Shown: piece by piece, positions 19,301 through 31,215 of the stretch | Layout of the letters: each line of letters starts with the position of its first letter | How positions within the stretch are numbered: the stretch's first letter is position 1 | Assembly (NCBI RefSeq): GCF_902652985.1 | Contig: NC_047018.1 | Span: 9,920,001-9,984,000 of the forward strand | Direction: 5' to 3' | Length of the DNA stretch: 64,000 nucleotides | From: Pecten maximus | Taxonomy: Eukaryota | The notes under the pieces: generated by a model | Told to the model about the DNA's origin: nothing | The model's input: the letters and a program-made list of their open reading frames with translations, nothing else | Database searches by the model: none | Program-made: the position numbers and the translations under genes

Positions 19301-22300
19301 TTTGTCATTTATGATACACAAACTTGCAAAATATGATGTCTGTTAAATATGAAACTATACTAAAAACCAGGACTCATGTTTACTACGATCCTATCTAAGT
19401 TAAATTATCTCGTGGTTGAAGGAGGACGCTGTCGTTGAAAAACGGACATTACGAGATATTGAAGGCGTTATATGAGAAGGAGGACTCGTCAAGGGGTAGG
19501 GATGTTTTACTGGAGAGGTCGATCAACGTTACAATGGAGACATTGTACACAAACAATTCTCACCGTGCAGAGGACCTCATTGTGACGTAAGAACGTCTCT
19601 ATTGACACTCGGAACAGTGATAATATCTAAAAACCTCACTATATGTTACATATTTGAAAGATAGCAGACATGTTTTGTACTGTAAAACTTATTAATAAAA
19701 CTTCCAATGATGTAAAGTTGATTTATAAGTCTAAATAGCAATACTACATAAGCTGTAGATCAAAGATGGTATTATTTTTATGTTTTATAGTTGCAAATGG
19801 AAAGGAGAAGCTTGTAACTGGTCTGACTTCAAACCTGTGTTGACCCAACATGGACAATGTTTCACTTTCCTTGGTAACACGACCACCGAGGACGGTCGTA
19901 TCGTCGACTCGCCAGGTAAGGTTCATATCCTAGGTAACCCGTCCACAGGACGGGACTGTCAGAACGTTGACTCTCCATGTAAGCCTCATATCCTCGGTAA
20001 CCCGTCCACTGGGCAGGAACTGTCAGAGCGTTGACTCGCCAGGTAAATATCGTATCCTGGGTTACATGTCCACTGAGTGGGAAATGTCAGAGCGTTGACG
20101 CGCCAGGTAAGTCTCATATCCTAGGTTACCCGTCCACTGCGTGGAAACTGTCAGAGCGTTGACTCGCAAGGTAAGTCTCATATCCTGGGTTACCCGTCCA
20201 CTGAGTGGGAACTGTCAGAGCGTTGACGCGCCAGGTAAGTCTCATATCCTAGGTTACCCGTCCACTGCGTGGAAACTGTCAGAGCGTTGACTCGCAAGGT
20301 AAGTCTCATATCCTGGGTTACCCGTCCACTGAGTGGGAACTGTCAGAGCGTTGACGCGCCATGTTTGTCTCATATCCCAGGTTACCCGACCTCAGGATGG
20401 GAGCTGTCAGAGCGTCGACTCGATAGATAAAGCTTATACTCTAAGCATTTGACATGAACGACCAAAGGTTCGACCAAAGGAAAATTTGGGTCTGTAAATT
20501 GATATTTTATGAATGCTTGATGAAACATGTTTCTTTCCAATTTTTCGAGGAGGTCACAATAAATTTAGAATCTAACAAATTAGATATTTGTTTCTGTATA
20601 ATAATGATAATAAGAATAATTTGTTTTTGATTGATTATTGTTACTTAGGATCAAATCTATCTATCTTAAATAGCGTTGTTAATCACAAAACATTGTGATT
20701 TTTCGTTGTTAAACATAGGAGTGGATAACGGTTTAGAACTGGTGTTGAATGTGGAAGACTATGACAGTATGGTGGGACCACACAGCAGCAGCGGGGTGAA
20801 GGTCGTCCTCCACCACGACACCGAAGTCCCCATGCCCGAATTCGGTAACGAGCTCCCCACGGGTCGACACGGCTTCATGGACGTTCAGGTCTCTAAGGTA
20901 TGGACGAGTTTAGCATTATATGTTACGCAATGTACATCATTCTTTGATAAAAACAACAACAATAATGGTGTAAGTTTTGTTCTTTTATTTAACAACTCTT
21001 TCGCTTCAATTCGTTAGTAATGTAGAACAAATGAATAACTAACAAACAAAATGAATAAATAAATACACGTAAAGCATAATTTGCTAATATACAAATATGG
21101 TTAGAATTCAAGGCTACATTGTGTGACAGTCCAGTTAGTTGAGATATGTTTGTCACAGACAATTGTTGTTATTACTTCTGTAGAATAGCTATGGCGTCCA
21201 AAATCCCGAAACTCAAAAACAGAAAATTGCTTAATGTAAACGTTTCATTCTTATAATACAGCAAAAAGAAAAAAGAAAAAGAAAACAAAATGCTTCTCTC
21301 GAACCATTTATAGAGTGCTTTGTTATAATAAGAGTGTCATTCGGTTAAGGCGCAGAACGTTCCTCCTCCCCACGGAAACTGTGTGGACCGTACTCTGATG
21401 TATATGGGAACTTACTCCTACACAGTTGGAGCCTGCCAAATGGAATGTGAGATGCAGTATGTGTCAGCTCTGTGTCATTGTCGACCGATACACATGCCTC
21501 GGGGAATGAGTAAGTGTGTTTCTATGAATAGAAAATATATATTATAATGTCGCTGAGATAAAAACTCAAAGAAGAAGATTTCATAAAAAAAAATGGGTAT
21601 TATGGAACCTTCAAGTAATCAGGAAGAGGCTGAAAGTACCACTTTTAATTTCCGAATGTTTGTATCGCATGCGTACCTGACTTTATTCCTTAAACGTTTC
21701 AGGTTCTCTCCCGTCTTGCAACGTTGTGCAATACAACAGATGTTTGGTGGAATCGAAAGGTATCAACATCTTTCTTTTCTTAATAGTTCGGCAAGCACTC
21801 TCATATCAAATTGTATCTTTTCTTAATAGTTCGGCAAGCATTCTCATATCAAATTGTATCATTTCTTAACAGTTCGGCAAGCATTCTCATATCAAATTGA
21901 ATCATTTATTTATAATTTGGCAAGCATTCTCATATCAAATTGTATCATTTCTTAACAGTTCGGCAAGCATTCTCATATCAAAATTTTTAAAAGGATATTA
22001 AAAGTATTGGATTTTTTACAGTGAAATACCGCCGACTCCATGACGATACGTGCAGCTGTCCCGTGCCATGTGCTCAGACCTGGTACCAACCTGATCTCTC
22101 CTATGGTGCACTATCTAGATTTTCTTCTAATAAAAGGAAAATTTTTCAAAATCTTAATCTCAGAAATCGATTGAGGCATTCACGTGAGATGGCTTTCCGA
22201 GAAGAAATGGACTTTTATAAATTAAATAAGCAACATTTGCATCTTGACAAAGTAAGTTTACCAAGCTTTTACCGTGTATTGAATAATCTGGAGACTGTCG

Positions 22301-25300
22301 ATTCGACACTTAATAGGTCTAGCAATATAATACGGCGTTTCAACTTCGACATTCAACGTACACGGAAGTACCTAGAAAAAGGCCACGAGGTGTACCATAG
22401 GTACCGAACATATTCATATTTACTTGACAAAACGCGTTTGGGTATTGACTTCTTGGAACTAACGTCTTACCTTGATAGTCAGGTTCGCTTTATGGAATCA
22501 ACCGACAGGCCTGACAAATGGAAAGCATATTATGACATGATGCTATCTAAAGCTAAATCTAGCCGACAAGCTATAAAAACAGTGTTGAAGGAGGAGGATT
22601 TCTTACCCTGGCTCTCGCAGCAGTATCCAAACATTTGGTTTAATGAAAATGACTTACAAACGGACTCTACATCACATGTGTTTACTGTCGACGCCGATCT
22701 GCAATGGATGACAATCCATAAAACTATGGTTAACAGCAGGGATACAATCAATCGTTACATTGAATTGGCCAAGTCTTACATGGAAGGTGGAAACAGTAAT
22801 TTGAGGCAACTGCAGAAACTTAACTCAACTTCAGTTAGGTTGGCAAACGACTTTCAGCAACAACGGGAAAGCATGGACATGTTTTATAAAGAAAAAGTTG
22901 TCAGCAACCTAAACCATCTCAGTCACGTGTTGAACCTACGATCAGAACCGATGACTTCCGTGATATCTACATTCGATAAAAAATGCACCACAATGTACAT
23001 CACTAAGGGTATACGAAAGGCCAGCATGTATCTCAATATGACTGTTGATTATCTTTCACAATATTTTAAGAGAAGACGAATACTCCAGACGATTGCTATA
23101 CATTTTGACTCGAATGAAATGAAATATTTCATGGAAGAGGTGAGAACATATGCGTCGGGAACATTTCATAACAAGGAATTCAGTATGGAGTCAGTGGATT
23201 GTCTGGAAATGCTGCTGGATGAGTATTATGCCATGCTGACGGTATACGTATTAATCAAACCAGCTTTCACGGAATTTAAATATCAGTTCGATTATAAACA
23301 TTTCAGTAATATCATGCCATCACTACGTGAAATAAAGAACTTTAACTTCGAAAAAGTTGAGCTCCTGGAGGTGGTATTGGTGTTGGACGAGGTCAGGATG
23401 ATCACGGGCGAGTTTAAACAATCTCTCCTCATGAATCAACAATTTTACAGGTAAACCATGAAACACATCGTCTACTGAAAGAAAATAATTATCTACTAAT
23501 CAATATATCATACCAAACCCTGACGGTAAATACAGCAAATTAATATAGCATACCAAACCCTATCGGTAAATACAGCGAATCAATTTAGCATACTGAACCC
23601 TTAACGATTTATTGATTTATTTATTTTAAAAAATCATTGTAAAAAGTCAGTAGCATACTTCAGAAACTTATATTGTATTCAGTTTTTAAAAGGTATAATG
23701 TTAATATTTTTCGGAACTAAACTGAGAATTAGGTAGATGCGATGATAATTTATACATTTTTTTTTAGTTAAGGAAGGAAAAGGAAAACAAATGGCATTAA
23801 CTAATTAAACTGTACTGTTTTATTACCTAGAGATAACTTCCTTCACCTGAATGTCTTGTTCCATGAACTGAGATACGATCAGCTCACCCAACAAATCGAC
23901 TACACGATTTTCGCTCTCATGGGTATGTACAATATATATTGGTAAGATGCACTGACAAGAAATCCATGCGTTTGTGTATATGGCCTTGTACCATGGTTGC
24001 GGTTATTTTTCTTTGAAGATGACTGTTGCATAAAGTCGATAGTCTGAGAATGGGCGGAGCTTAGGAATACAATAACTACCCTAATACATTGTTTGGGGTG
24101 GAGCCTAGGTGTGCAGTAACTTCCTAGTTATTTTTCACTGTTAGACCGAGATAATGTTCGTGTATCAATTTACAGTCATTTCCAGAGAAAAATAGCTACA
24201 GCACTGTTCACTACAAAACAACATCAGTTCTGTGGTTCTTAACACCTTCTTTACGTCAAAATCATTATAAAAAAAACGATTCAAGGTTATTTTGTCCATG
24301 AATACTATTATGAAAGACTATCTGATGTCTTCTTCAAACATTTTATATCTGCTTGAATTAGAATGTCACTAGTTCCCGACATTGTAAGGTATTACGATAA
24401 CAGGAAACGCGTAATAAACACTATTTGTGAGTTATTTGCGGATTCCATTGTACGTATTTCTACATTCGTCGCAGGTATTTCCGAACGCAATATGAATATG
24501 CTCTGTTAGACATATGAAAACAACAAAAAAAGACATCCTTAACTCGATGTGACCAACGAAAGTGTGCCTAAACTGTCAAAAATCGAACTTGTGTGCTTCT
24601 TACACTATTATCCACAAATGATTTACAAAATATAGTGTTGATATTGTGTTTCCTGTCATCTGTACACCTTAAAAATGTAAGATAGGAGATATATTAATTG
24701 ATTATGTACCAAATTCGAGCGCGATACCAGTTTTGACGGTCAAAATACGATCTCGTATGATGGGTATTTTGGACGATAAAAACGGTAAATTTGCTGTCAA
24801 ACCAAGTGTGTATTATGAAGCATTGCATGTCTGTTGGAATCCGTATAGAACATCACGTGGTCGTCTCCACACACGAGTTCTAGGAATTGGTATTAAATCG
24901 AGTTTCATCTGATTAGACGACTTGACCCAAATGTTTGTTGTAAGAATAGTACTGATCGCGCTAATACTTGATGTTTTAATAAGGCGGCGTAAACACTGTT
25001 AAATCATGATTACCATTTAGTGTAGTAAAACTTTATCATAAAGCTGCTCTATAACTTATCAATAGATTCCACGTGAACTGTATTCGTACGCGTGAGAAAT
25101 GACTTCTTATAACTACGGAATGGAAATCAATCCCTAAACAGTAGTTGGAACACCATGTTTGGTGGAACCATATTTTGATGGAGTGTTCCTATCATCAATA
25201 TTTGCGATTACGAAAAAATATCTCTCCGATGGTCAAAAAGCGACGTCCGTCTATCGTACATTACAATAGAACTGAACCTAATCAGGCCACATCACATAAT

Positions 25301-25731
25301 GATAGTCGCTCAACAATTAAAAACTGTTATTATTTTGTAAGTGAATTCAGAATTCTAAATAATTTAAAAAGTAATAAATGAAAAATCATAAAGACTGTAT
25401 TCATGACAGACACTTCTATGTATTTCTAATTGAGAAAACTGATCTCTCGCAAAAATAACACTACCTTTGTTATAACCTATTTTCTGGTGGGTTTTTTTCC
25501 TCAGGCGATATAGGTGGAGCAATGGGTCTGTGCATCGGAGCCAGTGCGCTAAGCGTTTTCGAGATCATTGACTTCGTCACCGTGTTGATGGGGTTTCTCA
25601 TGGTTAAAAAGACACTTCCATCCAAACCACGGTCCAAAATCATCCACGTCGAACCTAAGGATGAGTCCAAAGGGAAAACGACACCTCTACCATCTGTTAA
25701 CACCAAACAAAATCAGACCCTTGACAACTAA
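13326..25731 (+). CDS. DEG/ENaC (ASIC-like, amiloride-sensitive) cation channel subunit with a very large knuckle insertion, 10 coding exons, 939 aa
   Basis: Exons 13326-13543, 19021-19188, 19422-19586, 19791-19915, 20719-20897, 21350-21509, 21703-21759, 22022-23450, 23831-23922 and 25505-25731 are GT-AG and phase-consistent (2820 nt). The exon 3 and exon 6 acceptors could shift by 1-2 codons. Motifs: STTFHG (HG), TM1, FPAVTICNQN, C.W....C...DF....T.HG.CFTF, G..NGLEL.LNVE, GVKVVLH, a 10-Cys thumb ending CSCPVPC, NFLHLNVLFHEL, and TM2 GDIGGAMGLCIGAS with the GAS filter. Confidence 0.92.
13625..14035. repeat. Minisatellite, 66-bp unit, about 6 copies (channel intron 1)
   Basis: cactgtaaatcttcattatcactggtaaggtatagataattaaatgtcgttacagtaattggttaa recurs at 13701, 13767 and onward. 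Confidence 0.92.
14455..17290. repeat. Minisatellite, 33-bp unit (ttatcaacattaatcgtagactcagaaacctcc), about 85 copies (channel intron 1)
   Basis: Highly homogeneous tandem array; it produces the spurious 795-aa (MLIRRFLSLRL)n ORF. Confidence 0.97.
17640..17742. mobile_element. 103-bp hairpin MITE with 34-bp perfect TIRs and a 10-bp target-site duplication
   Basis: acaggggcttggcacgattttccaaatgatagtc pairs with gactatcatttggaaaatcgtgccaagcccctgt. The element is flanked by gttttgtttc at 17630-17639 and 17743-17752. Confidence 0.8.
19868..20430. repeat. Minisatellite of about 63-64 bp, about 9 copies, spanning the exon 4/intron 4 boundary of the channel gene
   Basis: Unit tcctaggttacccgtccactg..gggaactgtcagagcgttgactcgccagGTAAGtctcata. 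The first copy is the 3' end of exon 4 plus its donor site. Confidence 0.88.
21770..21982. repeat. Minisatellite, about 43-44 bp, about 5 copies (channel intron 7)
   Basis: tttcttaa(t/c)agttcggcaagcattctcatatcaaattgtatc is repeated. Confidence 0.85.
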
Positions 25732-26002
25732 GATACTCAGGATGCCAGAAAATGTGAAGGTTCGGGCGTTGTTTAAGCTGGAAAAGAGAGAAATGTTTCC
25801 AAATCAAACATTATATCGAAAGGATATTTATCAATCTCGGTAAAATAGCAACGTGTGTAGATTTCAGGGTTGGAACTCTACCGGGAGAAACTATATCCTA
25901 GTTGATGTATCAACCCTACCCACTTAAGTAGCGAACAATATGTACTAGTAACTTAATTCGAAGTTGTGAAAACAGTAAATTATAGTCAGGTAATAAAGGT
26001 TT

Positions 26003-27590
26003 CATACCTTGTGTGACCTCTTGACCTACCACACTTACTTTAATATACAATACATTCCATACCTTGTGTGACCTCTTGACCTACTTCACGTACTTTATAG
26101 TACAATACATTCCATACCTTGTGTGACCTCTTGACCTACTTCACGTACTTTATAGTACAATACATTCCATACCTTGTGTGACCTCTTGACCTGCTACACG
26201 TACTTTATAGTTCAATACATTTAATACCTTGTGTGACCTCTTGACCTGCTACACGTACTTTATAGTTCAATACATTCCATACCTTGTTTGACCTTTTGAC
26301 TTACCTCATCTACTTTATAGTACAATATAGTCCATACCTTGTGTGACCTCTTCACCTACCATACACGTACTTTATAGTTAGTTATATTCCATATCTTGTG
26401 TGACCTCTTGGCCATCTACACGTACTTTATAGTACAATACATTCCATACATTGTGTGACCTCTTGACCTAGCATAATTACTTTATTATACAATACATTCC
26501 ATACCTTGTGTGACCTCCTGACCTACTATACACGTTCTTTATAGTACAAAACATTCCATACCTTGTGTGACCTCTTGACCCACTTCACGTACTTTATAGT
26601 ACAATACATTCCATACCTTGTGTGACCTCTTGACCCACTATACACGTACTTTATAGTACAATAAATTCCATATCTTGTGTGACCTCTTGACCTTCTACAC
26701 GTACTTTATAGTACAATACATTCCATACCTTGTGTGACCTCTTGACCCACTATACACGTACTTTATAGTGCAATATATTCCATACCTTGTGTGACCTCTT
26801 GAACTACTATACACGTACTTTATAGTACAACACATTCCATACCTTGTGTGACCTCTTGACCCACTTCACGTACTTTATAGTACAATATATTCCATACCTT
26901 GTGTGACCTTTTGACCCACTTTACGTACTTTAAGGTACAAAACATTCCATATCTTGTGTGACCTCTTGACCTACTTCACTTACTTTATAGTACAATATAT
27001 TCCATATCTTGTTTGACCTCTTGATCTACTATACACGTACGTTATAGTACAATACATTCCATACCTTGTGTGACCTCTTGACCCACTTCACGTCCTTTAT
27101 AGTACAACACATTCCATATCTTGCGTGACCTCTTGACCCAGTTCACGTACTTTATAGTACAATACATTCCATACCTTGTGTGACTTCTTCACCCAGTTCA
27201 TGTACTTTATAGTACCATACATTCCATACCTTGTGTGACATATTGACCTACTATACACGTACTTTATAGTACAATAAATTCCATATCTTGTGTGACCTCT
27301 TGACCTACTACAGTACTTTATAGTACAATACATTCCATACCTTGTGTGACCTATTGACCTACTATACACGTACTTTATAGTACAATAAATTCCATATCTT
27401 GTGTGACCTCTTGACCTACTACAGTACTTTATAGTACAATACATTCCATATCTTGTGTGACCTTTTGACCTACTTCACGTACTTTATAGTACAATACATT
27501 CCATATCTTGTGTGACCTTTTGACCTACTTCACGTACTTTATAGTACAATACATTCCATATCTTGTGTGACCTCTTGACCTACTTCACAG
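26003..27590. repeat. Minisatellite, 55-57 bp unit (ccataccttgtgtgacctcttgacctacttcacgtactttatagtacaatacatt), about 28 copies
   Basis: The tandem array begins just after the AATAAA at 25992, downstream of the channel stop codon. Confidence 0.95.
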
Positions 27591-27767
27591 CCTAGTACAT
27601 TCAAAAATTTCAAATATATTTGGTTTTTCTATCAATAAATTTTGATTGCATTGTCTGGTGACATGTCGAGCTAATTTGCATTATCAACCAATGGACAGGT
27701 CAGAGACGAGAACTGAATATAGCAAGGAGTACTGTGGTTTGTACATATCAAACAATGTTATGTGTGA

Positions 27768-28295
27768 AATGTATTGTTATGTATGTGTAGTAGTGTTACG
27801 TGCGTTGTTTTGTATGTGTAGTAGTGTTAAATGTGTTGTTTTGTATGTGTATTAGTGTTAAGTGTATTGTTTTGTATGTGTAGTAGTGTTAAGTGTATTG
27901 TTTTGTATGTGTATTAGTGTTAAGGGTATTGTTTTGTATGTGTAGTAGTGTTAAGTGTATTGTTATGTATGTGTAGTAGTGTTAAGTGTATTGTTATGTA
28001 TGTGTAGTAGTGTTAAGTGTATTGTTTTGTATGTGTACGTACGTGTTCACGTGTCTTGTTATGTCTTGTCGTCGTGTTCCGTGTCTTGTTTTGTCTGTGT
28101 CGTCGTGTTCCGTGTTTGTTCTGTCTGTGTCGTCGTGTTCCGTGTGGTTGTTTGTATGTGTAGTAGTGTTAAGTGCGTTGTTTTGTATGTGTAGTAGTGT
28201 TAAGTGTATTGTTTTGTATGTGTAGTAGTGTTAAGTGTATTGTTTTGTATGTGTAGTAGTGTTAAGTGTATTGTTTTGTATGTGTAGTAGTGTTA
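27768..28295. repeat. Minisatellite, 31-bp unit (taagtgtattgttttgtatgtgtagtagtgt)
   Basis: Period 31; it contains an internal block at 28037-28146 where A is replaced by C. Confidence 0.92.
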
Positions 28296-28439
28296 ATATT
28301 GTTTGTCAGTTCAGGACAACGCATCGACCAGTGCAGAAGGATTTTGCTTTGTGTGTTACATGTATCAAATTTGATGATTAAATGGCATCACTGGCACAGA
28401 GGCCGATGCGTTGTGAACAGCCTTTAGGTGTTTTAGAAT

Positions 28440-29870
28440 GTTTTTTTTTTAGAAGTTGGAATATAACTGACCTTTTGAAGAAGTTTCTAGATCTGCAAAT
28501 CATTTTTGTATAAATGTGTCACGTAGACGCTGTCTGACTTTCATTCATGTGTAATTTATTGACAAATATGTATGTATATCCAGTATCATTAAAAATCTGT
28601 TTCACATTATCTAACCACTTATACCTCATTTGTTCATTACGATTCAAAAATCGACATTAGCCTTTATGATATATTGTCAAAAGTTGATTTCAAAAATTGA
28701 ATATTTTTATCTTGACTTTCAGTTCTACTAGGTATCTTCCCAACTCTCCGTAAATCACAGTTTGGCGTATTAGATCTAACAGTTCTAGAGATTTCAGATC
28801 TTCATATCCCCAGAAATTTCAGCTCCATATAACAAACATGATTCTACTAGCGAATCGAATAACTTAAGTTGTAAAACATCAGGGATTGCATGATTTCGTA
28901 TTTTTCTAAAAAATGAGAATATATATGGACTTTGTGCTTGTTCGATAAGCTTACGTCTAGCATTTACAAAGTTTCCGTTGGATTTAAAAGTAACACTGAT
29001 ATACGCGAAGCAGTCTCATCAGTGTACAATAAATACCTCTATCAGAGTGTGGAGTTCTCTGGTTATCTTATCACTTAAATTTTCAAGGGAGACACTTCCT
29101 ATTGACATCGGGGAGAGATTTTCCACTTGCCGGACCCCGACCGGACAGGGCAAAAGTACGAGGTTTCCGAATGGAAGTTTACACACAATTTAATATAATG
29201 GTAGATGATATATATCATTTTAATATTTAAAAGATTTACCTTTTATTCCGCTTTTATTCATTTTCTAACACAGGCCAGTACTCCAAATTGTATCATACGC
29301 CTTTCGGAAATCAGTAAACGTGCAATAAAGTTTTTACCAGCTGATACTTAAAGAGAAATCAACGAATGCATAATAAAATGTTATTATTGTAGACTGTTTA
29401 TTAAGCCTGCCTGATTTTTAGATATCAGATCAACTGAATCGGAATACTTCTTAAGTTTGTTATTGATTACACTTGTAAATAGTTTTCCTAGACACCTTAT
29501 CAAAGCAAAAGCGCTGCAGTTGTTACATGTAGGGTCATCAGGATTTCCTTTATTTTTTATTATAGTTTTGATCATACCAAATGTCCTATTTTCCGGTATA
29601 AGACCGGTATCAAACACAATATCAAATACATGTAGTTTACAATTTATTGATATTATATCGGGTGACGACTTTTTAATGTATGCATTTAAAAGTTTGTCTT
29701 TACCGGGCGCCTGACTATTTTTCAATTGTTCCGACATTGTACTATCAAGTATATCGTCACTTTCGTCATGGGTTGTGTTATTATCTTCAATTATTATCTC
29801 AAGATCGTTACTATCGTCGCCATCTTGATTTCCATTTTGATTTAGTAAACACAGGACCGACACGACAGTG
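28440..29870 (-). mobile_element. Highly decayed RTE-X-like LINE ORF2 remnant
   Basis: Minus strand: GLIPE....G.I..I.KNKG, CLGKLFTSVIN, NQAG, FTDFRKAYD, GVRQ.ENLSP and LKLFDSLVES.LLYGAEI. Many deletions and stops. Confidence 0.78.
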
Positions 29871-30419
29871 TCGTCCTGCTGTTGACCAGTTCCCTAAGGA
29901 GCTGCGACATGCGGCCTCCCCATGAAATATTCAAGTTTCCAATGGGAATTCGCTGTATAAACTTCACTTAGTCTATCATTATCGTCCCTTGGTAAAAATA
30001 ATTCAGATATGTAGTGATTCGTAACAGGAGTGTCCACGCGGAATATAGTTCTTGTAAACCATGTCTTTCTGTATCAACTATGATCTACAGAAACTGTTCT
30101 GAAACGATCATTTACGTATTGTATTCTTAAGGTTTTGAAATGTAAATGATACACGAGTTACGACAAGGAAAAGACATCCAAGTTTACGCATCAATAATGT
30201 AGAACGTCACGTCTACGGGGAATACTATGAGAGTATGAGTACGGCGTGATACAACGCGACCAACATGTCGACCCCTCAATTAAAGTCAATCTCTCTAGAT
30301 AAGTATGTTATAGGAACAACGGATAGGCCAATCGGTTGTGATCAATACAGAGGTGGGGTAAACCACAGATGAGCAGTCGTTATTTGATTGTTTCTGGTAT
30401 ATATTTCAAAATAAAGAAT

Positions 30420-31215
30420 GTCCCGTTTATTATACCGGGGTTACAATAGTTAACTTCTCCGTTTCCCGTTTGTTATCGGGGTTACAATAGTTAACATCTA
30501 AATTACTTTTTATAATCTCGGGGTTACAATAGTTAACTTCTTCATTTTCCGTTTATTAAGGATTGAATAAAGTTATGTTGAGGTGTATGGGGAGATAAAT
30601 CTCAATAGGTCTTGAGACAAATTTATTACAAACTGCGAACCTCAAGAACTATTGATGTTTATACTCCCATACACCTTTACATAACTTTATTCAATCCTCA
30701 TATTAATATTTTTCTGATATTTTTGTATAATACTTTGTCCTTGACGAAAAGGGACTTGTGCAATTCTACCACGGAACTTACCGAAATGTACGTCATCACT
30801 CTTCGTCTACATATGGTTATTACTTTCAGGATTTCTTTTGTGAACAAACTTATAAACGAATTAAAACCAATATTATTTTTAATGGAATTTATTTCATATA
30901 AATATGATCACTTTTGAAAAGGAATTAAAAAATATAGTCCCCTGCTTTTAGAATGAAAAATGTATTCCTCCGCCGGAGTTGATATAGTTCATTGAAAAAT
31001 GACTTGAATTAACTGTGGTAGGTTAATTGAGTCTGAATTAAGTGAAAATAAAAATATTATACCATGGTTACAATAGTTAACTTCTCCATTTCCCGCTTAT
31101 AATACCGGGGTTACAATAGTTAACTTTCCCGTTTATTATATCATGGTTACAATAATTAACTTCTCCATTTCCCGTTTATTATACTGGGATTACAAAAGTT
31201 AAACTTCTCCATTTT
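30420..31215. repeat. Two clusters (30420-30560 and 31060-31215) of a degenerate repeat of about 40 bp (ggggttacaatagttaacttctccatttcccgtttattatacc), separated by about 500 bp of unrelated DNA
   Basis: ggttacaatagttaac recurs 3 times in the first cluster and about 4 times in the second. Confidence 0.7.

Noticed and set aside
22021-23454. 477-aa ORF as a stand-alone gene or inserted transposon ORF
   Set aside because: It begins at a splice acceptor (GTG, no ATG), carries DEG/ENaC thumb cysteines at its start, ends at a donor in phase with exon 9, and shows no transposase or RT motifs.
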